Of a stretch of 64,000 bases of DNA, positions 18,974 through 28,207 are shown one piece after another; the first letter of the stretch is position 1, and each line of letters begins with the position of its first letter. Location: the IMG/VR virus record IMGVR_UViG_3300025121_000013; one strand, given 5' to 3'. The stretch is from a virus. The notes beneath the pieces are model-generated. The model was not told the origin of the DNA and ran no database searches. It saw only the letters and a list, made by a program, of their open reading frames with translations. Position numbers and translations under genes: made by a program.

Positions 18974-19005
18974 AAAGAAGTCCTTTCTTTTTTTGTTTTG
19001 AAAAA

Positions 19006-19090
19006 TGCCGATGGAAGGATTCGAACCTTCATGATGGGAACTCACATCAGGGTGGCCAAGCCGAGCGTCTTCCATTTTCGCCACATCGGC
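19006..19090 (-). tRNA. tRNA-like gene (Leu-type scaffold) with non-canonical anticodon arm
   Basis: Perfect acceptor GCCGATG/CATCGGC, D arm, T arm and variable stem TGATG/CATCA; anticodon region too short and does not pair. Confidence 0.75.
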
Positions 19091-19096
19091 ATATGA

Positions 19097-19186
19097 TGGT
19101 GCCTAAGACGGGAGTCGAACCCGTACAGGGATTTCTCCACCGAGGGATTTTAAGTCCCTTGCGTCTACCAGTTCCGCCACTCAGGC
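19097..19186 (-). tRNA. tRNA-Leu(TAA)
   Basis: Cloverleaf, long variable arm, CCA. Confidence 0.96.
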
Positions 19187-19231
19187 ACATTGAACTCATT
19201 TCACTGCCTTAAACTAATGCAACGTATTCTT

Positions 19232-19948
19232 TTAAGTGGCTATATATAATTGATCAATACCTTCCGAAAGAAGTCTAATCAATTTATCCTTTGGAATTGC
19301 ATAGCGTTCTCTCATTGATTTATAAACTTTTTCTGTTTCCTCAATGTAAGCTTTCACAAAATTTTTATAAAATTCTTTAAAGGTTGGATCATTGGCTATA
19401 ATATCTTTGGTTTGAATATATGTAGAGTCCTCATAATGCAACATATGGTTTTTTTCATGTTTGAAATTTGTATCAAAAGAATTAATATTTTCAAGCTTTT
19501 TAAATGCCAATTTATCAAAGATACAAAATGTGGAATTTTGCTTTAAAACAATATAAACATGTTTATCACTTCCAACTGAAATATTTGTTTGAATTAATGC
19601 ACTTTTGCCTTCTTTTGATAAAGTCGCTGCATTTAAAAAATCATTGAAAATTTGATCAAATTTTTTCGTAATATTTTCTAATTGTATATAGCTTCGCCTT
19701 AGTTCTTTATTATTATTTAACCAAATAACATGTTTTTCATTTTTTCCTTTATGAGAATCTTCCCAGAAATAATGAACCCAGCCCCAAGGAATTCCTTTTA
19801 ATGTCATAGATTTTTCATCTATAATATCTTCTTCTAAAATTTGTCTAAAGACTCTTTGTGTTAATTGTCTATTCCCAATTAAAATGGTTTTCACACTAAC
19901 CGTTGTTGTTGTAACAGATATTTTTTCCATCTCGAGATCCCTTTTCAT
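19232..19948 (-). CDS. Hypothetical phage protein
   Basis: VKT..IGNRQLT..VFRQI..WGWVHY..DQLYIA. Confidence 0.75.
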   Translation of the reverse strand: MKRDLEMEKISVTTTTVSVKTILIGNRQLTQRVFRQILEEDIIDEKSMTLKGIPWGWVHYFWEDSHKGKNEKHVIWLNNNKELRRSYIQLENITKKFDQIFNDFLNAATLSKEGKSALIQTNISVGSDKHVYIVLKQNSTFCIFDKLAFKKLENINSFDTNFKHEKNHMLHYEDSTYIQTKDIIANDPTFKEFYKNFVKAYIEETEKVYKSMRERYAIPKDKLIRLLSEGIDQLYIAT

Positions 19949-20189
19949 AATCTTTTTTTGAATTTTCTAAAATAAAATTTTTAACTTCTTTTATCAATTT
20001 TCTAACATCATTTTTATCAAAATCAAAAGTTGTAAAGACGCATATCAGATATGAATTATCAGAGAATATTATTTTTCCAATACTAGACTCACTTAAATTT
20101 TTTCTTTTGTCTATGTAAAGAAAAAGATCTACAATTTCTTTTAACGTCATGTCTATAAATAAATGATTCATAATCAAAACATGTTCCAT
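19896..20189 (-). CDS. Hypothetical protein
   Basis: Operon context. Confidence 0.55.
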   Translation of the reverse strand: MEHVLIMNHLFIDMTLKEIVDLFLYIDKRKNLSESSIGKIIFSDNSYLICVFTTFDFDKNDVRKLIKEVKNFILENSKKDYEKGSRDGKNICYNNNG

Positions 20190-20216
20190 GGCGATCCCTT
20201 TCTTTGGGATTTTATG

Positions 20217-20304
20217 TGGCGGAGGGTGTAGGATTCGAACCTACGGTGGCTTTCACCACAACGGTTTTCAAGACCGCCGCTTTCGTCCTCTCAGCCAACC
20301 CTCC
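20217..20304 (-). tRNA. tRNA-Ser(TGA)
   Basis: Cloverleaf, long variable arm, GCCA end. Confidence 0.96.
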
Positions 20305-20308
20305 TTGA

Positions 20309-20382
20309 TGGCGGTGCCTGGATTCGAACCAGGGATCCCTCGATTATCGGTCGAGTGCTCTACCAGGCTGAGCTACACCGCC
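20309..20382 (-). tRNA. tRNA-Ile(GAT), C33
   Basis: Anticodon loop CCGATAA. Confidence 0.9.
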
Positions 20383-20611
20383 TTAGACAAAAATTCTTTA
20401 TTTTCCAACAAGTATCTTTTTTAATTTTTTTAATGAACTTTTATGTATTTTTTGAACTCTTTGAAATGATATCCCCATTTTGTTCGCTATTTCTCTTAAA
20501 CTTAAGTTTTCAAAATATAAAAAGTATACCACTTGTTTTTGTCGATCATTTAAACGGTTTAAAAGTTGTTCAATATCAATATCAATATCATTATCAACAT
20601 CTTTTTCCCTC

Positions 20612-21052
20612 TCACTCTTTTAAAAAATAATACGATAATATAGTATTATATACATGCCTATTTGGGGCGTAACGTTTAAAAAAGAATTGATCATCGCCAT
20701 TAAATATTTTTGAAATTGCGGCTGCGACTCCAGCGGATCTAGAAATTCCAGCATCGCATTGACATAATAAAAAATTATCTTCGTTTATAAAATCAAGTAT
20801 TGTTTTAGCTAAATTTTTATCAAAAAGAATTATTTTTCTTTTTAGTTTTTTCTCTATTTCTTCCTCATCAATTTTTTTCATTGGGTCTAGATCATCAAAA
20901 AATATTTGTAACATTCTTTGTCTAAATTTATTTTCAGGATATATTATATGTTTATCCCCAGGGGTCGAAATTGATATAATATCATGAGGAATTGAAATAT
21001 TATCTTCAGTTATTTTATTAACCTCTCTTCTCCCTAAAACTAAGATCTTCAT
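20612..21052 (-). CDS. Cys-dependent (PTP/DSP-like) phosphatase
   Basis: CDAGISRS (Cx5R), FDD, PN..V. Confidence 0.88.
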   Translation of the reverse strand: MKILVLGRREVNKITEDNISIPHDIISISTPGDKHIIYPENKFRQRMLQIFFDDLDPMKKIDEEEIEKKLKRKIILFDKNLAKTILDFINEDNFLLCQCDAGISRSAGVAAAISKIFNGDDQFFFKRYAPNRHVYNTILSYYFLKE

Positions 21053-21070
21053 AAATGTTCTCTTCTTATC

Positions 21071-21448
21071 TTAATTATTAAGTTCATGAATATGTATATC
21101 TATTTCTTTGTACCTAATTTTTTCTTTTCCATTTTTTAAAATATTTTTTGTTCCTTTCATAATTAAATACATTTGTTCATTTTTTGGGACATCGGGGTAT
21201 GTAAATTTATCAATTACATTACACCCACATGTCTTTGGCTCTTCAAATAAAATTAACTGTTTATTTTCGTCTAAAATATATATTGAATGATTATCATTTT
21301 CTCCGATCTTAAATTCAACTATTTCAATTCTTTTTTCAATTGAAGAAGAATTCTTCACCCTATAACCAGAGAGAGCATTATATTCCAAACTAAGAATCCC
21401 TAATACAAAAAATACAATCAAAACCTTAAAGATAAAACTTTTTGCCAT
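21071..21448 (-). CDS. Membrane-anchored or secreted protein
   Basis: N-terminal hydrophobic helix. Confidence 0.65.
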   Translation of the reverse strand: MAKSFIFKVLIVFFVLGILSLEYNALSGYRVKNSSSIEKRIEIVEFKIGENDNHSIYILDENKQLILFEEPKTCGCNVIDKFTYPDVPKNEQMYLIMKGTKNILKNGKEKIRYKEIDIHIHELNN

Positions 21449-21499
21449 CAGAGGCCGCCTTTCTTTTCAAAGATGAAAAACTATAGTTTTGAAATTAAT

Positions 21500-21574
21500 T
21501 GGAGCCGGTGGAGGGATTTGAACCCACGGCTTGCTGATTACAGATCAGCTGCTCTGCCACTGAGCTACACCGGC
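21500..21574 (-). tRNA. tRNA-Thr(TGT), U32/C33
   Basis: Anticodon loop TCTGTAA, CCA. Confidence 0.9.
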
Positions 21575-21582
21575 TCTTGACT

Positions 21583-22314
21583 CTATTTCACTGCCTTAAA
21601 TTCATTTAATGAATTCAATCGATATTTGACATTTGGAAGAAGGCCATCTTCTCCAATATAGCCAACTTTAATTCTTTTTCTATTATTTTTATAATAAGAT
21701 ATTTGAATTATTCCGCAATCTCCTGCGGTAGCAGTTCCGCAATATCCTGCGGTAGCGGTTCCGTAATCTCCTGCGGTAGCAGTTCCGCCATTTCCTGCGG
21801 TAGCGGTTCCGTCATCTCCTGCGGTAGCGGTTCCGCCATCTCCTGCGGTAGCGGTTCCGTCATCTCCTGCGGTAGCGGTTCCGCCATCTCCTGCGGTAGC
21901 GGTTCCGTTATCTCCTGCGGTAGCGATTCCGTTATCTCCTGCGGTAGCGATTTCATTGTCTCCGGCAACATAAGTCGCGCCAATGATCGGCTGACCATTT
22001 TTTACGAATTTCTTCATGAATTCTGTGGAATGAAAACGATCTCCGACAAAGAGAACCTTAACCTCTTCAGATTTTGCTTTCCCATCAAATTCAATGCAAG
22101 ATGTCGTTTGAAGAACAATCCATTTAGCGGTTAGATCCCAATTCAACCAAGAGGGGTTTCCTTGCCCATTCTTTAAAAAATAAAGTCCTCCAGTACATCT
22201 CGGATTAGGATCCCAATTTAAACACTTTACTTTTCCTTGCATTGGCCATTGAAAATTATCTCTAGAAATCATGTTTTCTGGGCATGTTCTTAACCCGTAG
22301 ATGTACTTCGGCAT
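21583..22314 (-). CDS. Octapeptide-repeat (TATAGDxG) beta-solenoid protein, ice-nucleation-like repeats
   Basis: 10 ATAG repeats between globular caps. Confidence 0.85.
   Translation of the reverse strand: MPKYIYGLRTCPENMISRDNFQWPMQGKVKCLNWDPNPRCTGGLYFLKNGQGNPSWLNWDLTAKWIVLQTTSCIEFDGKAKSEEVKVLFVGDRFHSTEFMKKFVKNGQPIIGATYVAGDNEIATAGDNGIATAGDNGTATAGDGGTATAGDDGTATAGDGGTATAGDDGTATAGNGGTATAGDYGTATAGYCGTATAGDCGIIQISYYKNNRKRIKVGYIGEDGLLPNVKYRLNSLNEFKAVK
21712..21966. repeat. 24-bp coding tandem repeat, ~10.5 units
   Basis: TCCTGCGGTAGCGGTTCCGxxATC units. Confidence 0.95.
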
Positions 22315-22368
22315 TCTCTTTCTCCCTTTAACGTATTCTTTAAAATATATATGTTCTATAAAAGTTAA

Positions 22369-23238
22369 TTAATCAATTAACTTTATTTTTTGTTTTTTAT
22401 TTAAAATACTTTGTATGATAATTCCTGTTAGATCATCCATAGTTAATTTTGAAGGATCATTCTCAGGAGAACTAATTAAATTTCTTCTATATATCCATCC
22501 GGGTTCAAGAGATGAAATTTTTGTAAAAATGTCATTCCCTCGAATATTTTTTAATGAGATTGTATATTTAATAAAATTATCTGTTAATTTAGAAATTAAA
22601 ATATCAGGATTATATAGTTTTCTAATTACCGGCATTATGCCATAAAATTCACTTGAGATTTGACATATTTTTATATTTTGTTCTTTGATAACAATTGTAT
22701 TTTTTAACGCATAGGGTCTTAAAATACTTTTATATTTTTTCTTAATTGAGGCGAACATTTCAAATCCAGATATTGAACTAAAAACATCTTGTTCTTCATC
22801 AATGATTCTTCGTAAAACATAAAGCCCTTTTTCAAATGCCATTTTATTATCATTTTTATATTTTATTAATACTCCAGAAATTATATCAGTCAACATGGGA
22901 AATTTAACTTTTCCATAATTCGTAAAACCTCTTGGACCTTTTGTCTCAAGAATATTTATATATTCTACAATATCTTTAAGATGTTTTGGGCATCCTTTAT
23001 ATTTCCACGCTTGCATTGAAGCGGTTTCAGTAATTCCATTTCCATGATGATCCCAACAATTTAAATCTGTTCGTCCAGAATATTCATGTGTGCATTCTAT
23101 GCAACAAATTTCTTTATCTAAAATATCTTTTGTAGGAACTTTATTTGAAAAAATAATTTTATTATGATCTTGGAGTTCAAGACAAATGTATGTAATTAAA
23201 ACATCCAAGTCTATCTTTTTCGAAACATAGATATACAT
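22369..23238 (-). CDS. Divergent DHH-like phosphoesterase (putative)
   Basis: N-terminal IDLD and CWDHHG motifs; C-terminal DHHA1-like region. Confidence 0.55.
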   Translation of the reverse strand: MYIYVSKKIDLDVLITYICLELQDHNKIIFSNKVPTKDILDKEICCIECTHEYSGRTDLNCWDHHGNGITETASMQAWKYKGCPKHLKDIVEYINILETKGPRGFTNYGKVKFPMLTDIISGVLIKYKNDNKMAFEKGLYVLRRIIDEEQDVFSSISGFEMFASIKKKYKSILRPYALKNTIVIKEQNIKICQISSEFYGIMPVIRKLYNPDILISKLTDNFIKYTISLKNIRGNDIFTKISSLEPGWIYRRNLISSPENDPSKLTMDDLTGIIIQSILNKKQKIKLID

Positions 23239-23265
23239 AACATACCTCTTCTCGTTAAAGATTCT

Positions 23266-23405
23266 TTTTTGACATACCCGTTGTTTCTTCCATTGAGGTA
23301 TACAACGGGAAAAATACCTATGTTTGGCCCAGGGAATTAAGAGGAAGTGATGGGAGGCTTAATCCCCTGACAGATGGAAGACCCTGCTACATGAACATCC
23401 TCCCT
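23266..23405 (-). ncRNA. Pseudoknotted RNA motif, copy 2
   Basis: See findings; five complementary pairs conserved with copy 1. Confidence 0.75.
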
Positions 23406-23413
23406 AATTTTGA

Positions 23414-23546
23414 TTTTTGACATACCCGTTGTTTCTTCCATTGAGGTATACAACGGGAAAAATACCTTTAGGATAGGGAATCAAGAATTCGTCTTGGGAG
23501 GCTTGATTCCCTTCAGATGGAAGACCCTGGCCATGTGTTCCTCCCT
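23414..23546 (-). ncRNA. Pseudoknotted RNA motif, copy 1
   Basis: 148-bp offset; 54-bp identical block; covarying stem. Confidence 0.75.
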
Positions 23547-23612
23547 TAGATTTTTAAAGTTTTCTTTTTTTTCTAAATTGATTAGAAATAAAAAAAATAA
23601 AATTCAACCTTT

Positions 23613-23635
23613 CTCATTTATTAATATATATAGTT
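23613..23635 (-). promoter_or_regulatory. Putative early promoter
   Basis: Identical 23-mer. Confidence 0.75.
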
Positions 23636-23671
23636 AATAAAAGAAAAATTAAAAGAATCTATAAATATGAA

Positions 23672-23686
23672 AGAACAAATTTAAAA
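23672..23686 (+). promoter_or_regulatory. Putative late promoter motif
   Basis: AGAACAAATTTAAAA. Confidence 0.55.
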
Positions 23687-23713
23687 TTGGAATATATTTA
23701 AGAAAGGAAAAAT

Positions 23714-24310
23714 ATGGATAGGGGATATTTTAATAAAGAAGATTATAAAAAATGGTTGGATAAAATAGAAAAAATTTTACAAAAAAATATGACGGAAAGA
23801 GGATTTTTATTTTGGAAAGGCTTGAATGAAAAAATTCCAATGATATGGCATAGACCAGTTTCTTCATCTTTTAAATATCATCAAAAAGAAGATCTTAGAA
23901 TTCCAACAATTGCTGAACATGTTTTTGAAATGATATATGCGGCAGTTCCTATTTTAGGAAGTATAAATATAAAATCAAAAACAGAAGATTGTGACACTAT
24001 TCTTTTAGCTATTCTTTTACATGATGGTTTTAAATATGGAAAAACTCCTGACGAATCTAAATTTACAAATAAGCAACATGATAGAATTGTAGCAGATTTT
24101 ATAGGAAAAAATAAATTGATTTTTGAACAATTATTTCAAAGCTCTAAAATTGAAATATTAGAAGAAATTGTTAGGTATCATTCTGGACCGTGGTCTCCTG
24201 ATGCTAAAAAAGATTTTTGTTTTTCAAATGTTCATCCGTATGTGATGTTTGTTCATTTATTAGATAATTTAAGTTGTAAAAATTTGTTAAAAAATGGAGA
24301 ATATGAATGA
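23714..24310 (+). CDS. HD-domain phosphohydrolase
   Basis: YH..EHV..LLHDGFK..H..YHSG..LD. Confidence 0.85.
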   Translation: MDRGYFNKEDYKKWLDKIEKILQKNMTERGFLFWKGLNEKIPMIWHRPVSSSFKYHQKEDLRIPTIAEHVFEMIYAAVPILGSINIKSKTEDCDTILLAILLHDGFKYGKTPDESKFTNKQHDRIVADFIGKNKLIFEQLFQSSKIEILEEIVRYHSGPWSPDAKKDFCFSNVHPYVMFVHLLDNLSCKNLLKNGEYE

Positions 24311-24849
24311 AAATAATTTCTTATAAAAACTTGTTAAAAGAATTAGTTATTTTAAAAGAAAGTATTCCGTGGAGAAATGGAAAGGTTCCTATTGACATAG
24401 GCGAAACTTCTATGGAAGGGTTAAAACAAAAATGTATAGTTTTAAATAATTTATCATACTTTCACTTAAAACCAAGCTTTATGATTATATTCCCATCTTT
24501 AGACCCTTTAAAAGAAATTGGTGGGGGAACCAATGGATTTATCATTGCATCTCCTGAAGCACAATATTTAGAATATAGAAAAATAGAATCTGGATTATGT
24601 TATGCAAAAACTTATTTTTGGGGCAGGCCAAAACGTGATAGATTTTTAGATCTTTTAGATCGTCTATCTGAAAGAGGTTTTTCCTTAGAAAATTTTTCAA
24701 ATTTAAAATCTTTTGATAAGGATGTAAAATTAAATCTTTCTGTTGATAGAAATCAATTATTGATAACGTTAGGAGGCTTTAGAGAAAATCCAGAATTAAA
24801 AGATAAGAACATAATAAAAATTAACACAAGAATCTCAAGGATAAGATAA
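24307..24849 (+). CDS. Hypothetical protein
   Basis: ATGA coupling. Confidence 0.7.
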   Translation: MKIISYKNLLKELVILKESIPWRNGKVPIDIGETSMEGLKQKCIVLNNLSYFHLKPSFMIIFPSLDPLKEIGGGTNGFIIASPEAQYLEYRKIESGLCYAKTYFWGRPKRDRFLDLLDRLSERGFSLENFSNLKSFDKDVKLNLSVDRNQLLITLGGFRENPELKDKNIIKINTRISRIR

Positions 24850-25475
24850 TGTCATATAAAAATTTTATTCCTGAATTTCAATATTATTTTCATAATATTA
24901 TGATAAATAATTATTTAAATAAGTTTGAGGTTCCATTACCTACAGAAGTCTCATCGCAATATATGCCAGTGGAGTCTTTTATAGAATTATTATTCAATGA
25001 ATCATATTCATATAATACATATAAATATTTATATTCAATAGATTCAAATTCTTATGGATGGCCTTCAGTTGTTAAAACAAGAACTTTGATTTATCCTCAA
25101 ACTATGAGATATCATATTTGCGGAAATACAGGACAAAATTTATTTTCTTTAACAAATGAACAATTAGAAATGTTAAATGGACTTTTGTTATATAGACAAA
25201 GACCAGATAATTTTAGCGTAATTGATAGTACATCGGTTGATTCGACAAATGTCATAATTATAGACAGCACAACGTCAATTTTATTAGAAGTCAATTTTGA
25301 CAATTTATCACCTTTGTCGAAACTTATATATATCTATTTAGACTTTAAAATCAATCAATCTGTTTCAAAATATAATAATGAAACCCCCATAGCCAGGGAA
25401 GAGAGCTTATTGGAACTATTATATGAAACATATATTTTAGATATGATTTTTCAATTTAAATCAACGGGTTCCTAA
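24849..25475 (+). CDS. Probable baseplate/structural protein
   Basis: Context and composition. Confidence 0.6.
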   Translation: MSYKNFIPEFQYYFHNIMINNYLNKFEVPLPTEVSSQYMPVESFIELLFNESYSYNTYKYLYSIDSNSYGWPSVVKTRTLIYPQTMRYHICGNTGQNLFSLTNEQLEMLNGLLLYRQRPDNFSVIDSTSVDSTNVIIIDSTTSILLEVNFDNLSPLSKLIYIYLDFKINQSVSKYNNETPIAREESLLELLYETYILDMIFQFKSTGS

Positions 25476-25487
25476 AGGAGTTTTAAT

Positions 25488-27059
25488 ATGTCTTTTTACG
25501 AAATAGATGATCTTTGGAAAATTCTCAATACGATTCGAGGCGGAACAGAAGATATTCCAAAGTCTCTTTCGACGTTAGGTTTATCTGAACAGAAAAAGAC
25601 AATATCACTTTTCTCTGATATTATAGATCAGCAATGTTTTCAAACTCAAGATTACTTAAGAATACGAAATTTCATTATTGACTTATATTCTTCTCATAAA
25701 ACTTTAACCTCTGCTCAGAAAAATGTTCATGATATATATAGTTTAGATGAACAACATTTAGATGAACTTTTTAAAAGTTTTGGATTTAATTTTTCAAGAC
25801 AATTATCCATATTCACAAAAGAAACAAATATTAATAAAGCCAACTTCTTTTTAGATTTGGTAAATCTTTATAAAATAAAAGGGACCCCTCAAGGACTGGC
25901 AAAGGTTTTAGCTTATTATGGTTTTGCAGATTTAGATATTATAGAATTTTGGTTACAAAAAAATAGTGAAGGGGATCTAATTTTTAGAGGAGAGGTTATA
26001 GAGGGAACTATCTCAAGAGATTTAAAACTTCCTATAATTGATTTAGATTTTAACACATTTACAGAAAATGACCCACACTGGCTTTTACCTGAAAGTAAAA
26101 TTCATCAATTATTTAGTCTAAATCAAATAAGATTTCCTAGTAAATCTCCTTATTTTTCTTTAAGACCAAAATTTGATTTAACGACCATAAATGCAATTAT
26201 GTCTGCCGTTGTTAGAATAGTTCAAGATCAATATTATGCTTGGAATCTAAATGGAACGATCCCAACGAAAGATGTCGAAGTTACAAAAACTGGAGATAAG
26301 GTTTCTCTTCTTGAAATTTATTTAGCTAATATTTATCTTTTTAATTCCGAGTATGAACATGGAAAAGATAATAATATTAATTTTTTATGTTATGACGGAA
26401 CAACAGAATCTTATGCACAAATTATTTCTGAGTTTACTAATTTAATTAAAATGCCATCATCAAGATCTGAAAAGAAAATAAATACTGATTTATTTTCTAA
26501 TTTATTCACTAGATTAAAAAGTACAAATTTTCTTATCAACAAAAATACGGCGGGAACAATTTTAAATCAAATCAATTCAACGTTCAAACAAAATGTTGAT
26601 AATTTATTAATTGACACATTTAATTTTGAAGAACTTTTAATAAATTTTTTAATTGATCTTTCTAGATGGATCAGAGTGAATTTTGGTTTGGGTTATCCAA
26701 GTTTAGCTTTTATTGTTTTAGGAAGGGAGGCGATTTTAAATTATGTTGGAGACGTCATAGATTTCTTTAAACCATATCATGCCAGAGTTAGTTTGGTCGA
26801 AGCAATAAATGTTTCAAATGATCCTTTACATGATTCTTTAATTATGGAAGATGGACTTTTTGAAACAATTACAGAAAATATTTATGATTATCAAACGGGT
26901 AACAGTACTCCTTGTTGTTCATCCCCAAATATATTATGTCCGGGTGGAAGTTATTATTCAAGAGATTTTTACGATTGTGGTTCATATCATGATCTTGGAC
27001 ATTGCCTTGATGAATTTGCAATATATGATGATGGAGTTTTGGTTTATCAGTCTTTTTAA
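25488..27059 (+). CDS. Baseplate wedge protein (P2 gpI / T4 gp7-like motif)
   Basis: LYKIKGTPQGL..VLAYYG; FFKPYHA. Confidence 0.7.
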   Translation: MSFYEIDDLWKILNTIRGGTEDIPKSLSTLGLSEQKKTISLFSDIIDQQCFQTQDYLRIRNFIIDLYSSHKTLTSAQKNVHDIYSLDEQHLDELFKSFGFNFSRQLSIFTKETNINKANFFLDLVNLYKIKGTPQGLAKVLAYYGFADLDIIEFWLQKNSEGDLIFRGEVIEGTISRDLKLPIIDLDFNTFTENDPHWLLPESKIHQLFSLNQIRFPSKSPYFSLRPKFDLTTINAIMSAVVRIVQDQYYAWNLNGTIPTKDVEVTKTGDKVSLLEIYLANIYLFNSEYEHGKDNNINFLCYDGTTESYAQIISEFTNLIKMPSSRSEKKINTDLFSNLFTRLKSTNFLINKNTAGTILNQINSTFKQNVDNLLIDTFNFEELLINFLIDLSRWIRVNFGLGYPSLAFIVLGREAILNYVGDVIDFFKPYHARVSLVEAINVSNDPLHDSLIMEDGLFETITENIYDYQTGNSTPCCSSPNILCPGGSYYSRDFYDCGSYHDLGHCLDEFAIYDDGVLVYQSF

Positions 27060-27083
27060 AAGTGCTAATATGAATCATCTTTA

Positions 27084-27099
27084 AGAACAAATTATAAAC
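27084..27099 (+). promoter_or_regulatory. Putative late promoter motif
   Basis: AGAACAAATTATAAA. Confidence 0.55.
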
Positions 27100-27117
27100 T
27101 TTCTATAAAAGGTTAAA

Positions 27118-27771
27118 ATGAGCCAAGAAAATAAAAAATATCTCGTAGAGATACATGACAAGGTTCGTGGTTGTATTCTCGATGGAGATTTAAACCACAA
27201 TAGAAAGCCACAAGGTCTTGTCGAAGTTTACGAATTAGATGAAAATAATGAAAAACAATTAATTGGTAAATCAAACCTTGTTGTTTATTTAGGAAGAGAA
27301 TCCATTTTACAAAGATCTTTAGATTATCAAAATTCACATATCACTCCAACAAAAGATGAATTTATTTGTTGGTTTGGCATAGGGGATGGCGGGTCAAATC
27401 CTTCAGACCCTTTTGATCCAATTCCTCCAACAAATAATGATATTGATTTAAATAATGAAGTTCCAATAAGCGCCACTGATACGACATGTGCTGATTTTCA
27501 TGATGGCTTTTATTGGAAACATCCTTTTGATAGCATAAATTATATTCAAGATTCAGAAAATGATAATTCATGGATCATTTCAGTTTTATCAATTATTTTA
27601 TCTCCCGCACAAGCAGTTGGAGAACAGATAAATGAGGCTGGCCTTTTTATGGCCGAGAGTCGAGCACCGGGATATGGAGGGCCGTTTCATTTATATGCCA
27701 GGGTGACATTTCCCACTATGGTAAAATCAGGATTACGAAGTTTGCTTTTTGTTTGGTATTTATATTTTTAA
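27118..27771 (+). CDS. Tail-fibre attachment/baseplate protein
   Basis: NLVV..GR, GIGDGG, INEAGLF, YARVTFP. Confidence 0.7.
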   Translation: MSQENKKYLVEIHDKVRGCILDGDLNHNRKPQGLVEVYELDENNEKQLIGKSNLVVYLGRESILQRSLDYQNSHITPTKDEFICWFGIGDGGSNPSDPFDPIPPTNNDIDLNNEVPISATDTTCADFHDGFYWKHPFDSINYIQDSENDNSWIISVLSIILSPAQAVGEQINEAGLFMAESRAPGYGGPFHLYARVTFPTMVKSGLRSLLFVWYLYF

Positions 27772-27782
27772 GAGGACAAAAA

Positions 27783-28205
27783 ATGTCAACTGCTTATATT
27801 CCAAATAGAGCAAAAAGGGAACTTTTAAAAGGGACATTTATTTTATTAAGTCATTCTTTAAAAGCGGCATTGATGGCTTCAGGATTCACTTTTGATATTG
27901 ATAGCCATAATATCTGGTCTGATGTTTCCGCGAGTGAAGTTAGCGGAGTCGGTAATAATTATTCACAACAAACAATTTCTGGAAATACTGTAACGCAAAA
28001 TAATACTACAGATAAAGGAATATTTACTTGTAATTATTCTAGTTTTTCGGCTATCGGTGGAGATATAGGGCCGGCTGCCGGTTTATTAATTTATGATGAT
28101 GACGGCGGAGATAATATTTTAGTGTATTTTGAATTTGACTCTCCTGAAACAATCTCAGATGGATATACAACGAGATTTTCAGGAATTCAAGTTGAGGTAA
28201 ATTAA
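27783..28205 (+). CDS. Virion structural protein
   Basis: LKAAL..WSDVSASEVSG..Y pattern of phage tail proteins. Confidence 0.65.
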   Translation: MSTAYIPNRAKRELLKGTFILLSHSLKAALMASGFTFDIDSHNIWSDVSASEVSGVGNNYSQQTISGNTVTQNNTTDKGIFTCNYSSFSAIGGDIGPAAGLLIYDDDGGDNILVYFEFDSPETISDGYTTRFSGIQVEVN

Positions 28206-28207
28206 TA

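Noticed and set aside
15709..20424. ORF extensions or ORFs overlapping tRNAs (to 15825, to 19084, 20188-20424)
   Set aside because: GC-rich tRNA sequence read-through; better starts with SD lie downstream
21712..21966. 24-bp repeats as a CRISPR array for the TnpB/Cas12f-like protein
   Set aside because: Contiguous in-frame coding repeats with no spacers
21712..21966. Diversity-generating retroelement target (variation at AAC codons)
   Set aside because: No reverse transcriptase or template repeat in the window, and G positions also vary
21703..22134. Alternative-frame repeat ORFs (21703-22134 +, 21708-21998 -) and other short antisense ORFs such as 60492-61001
   Set aside because: Shadow frames of real genes, with no RBS or motif support
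23266..23546. Mini-CRISPR, HDV/theta ribozyme or cobalamin riboswitch
   Set aside because: The intervening sequences are homologous and structured; the HDV P3/J4-2 arrangement and the B12 box are not present
23410..23637. 75-aa plus-strand ORF
   Set aside because: Antisense to the structured RNA and promoter; TTG start without SD
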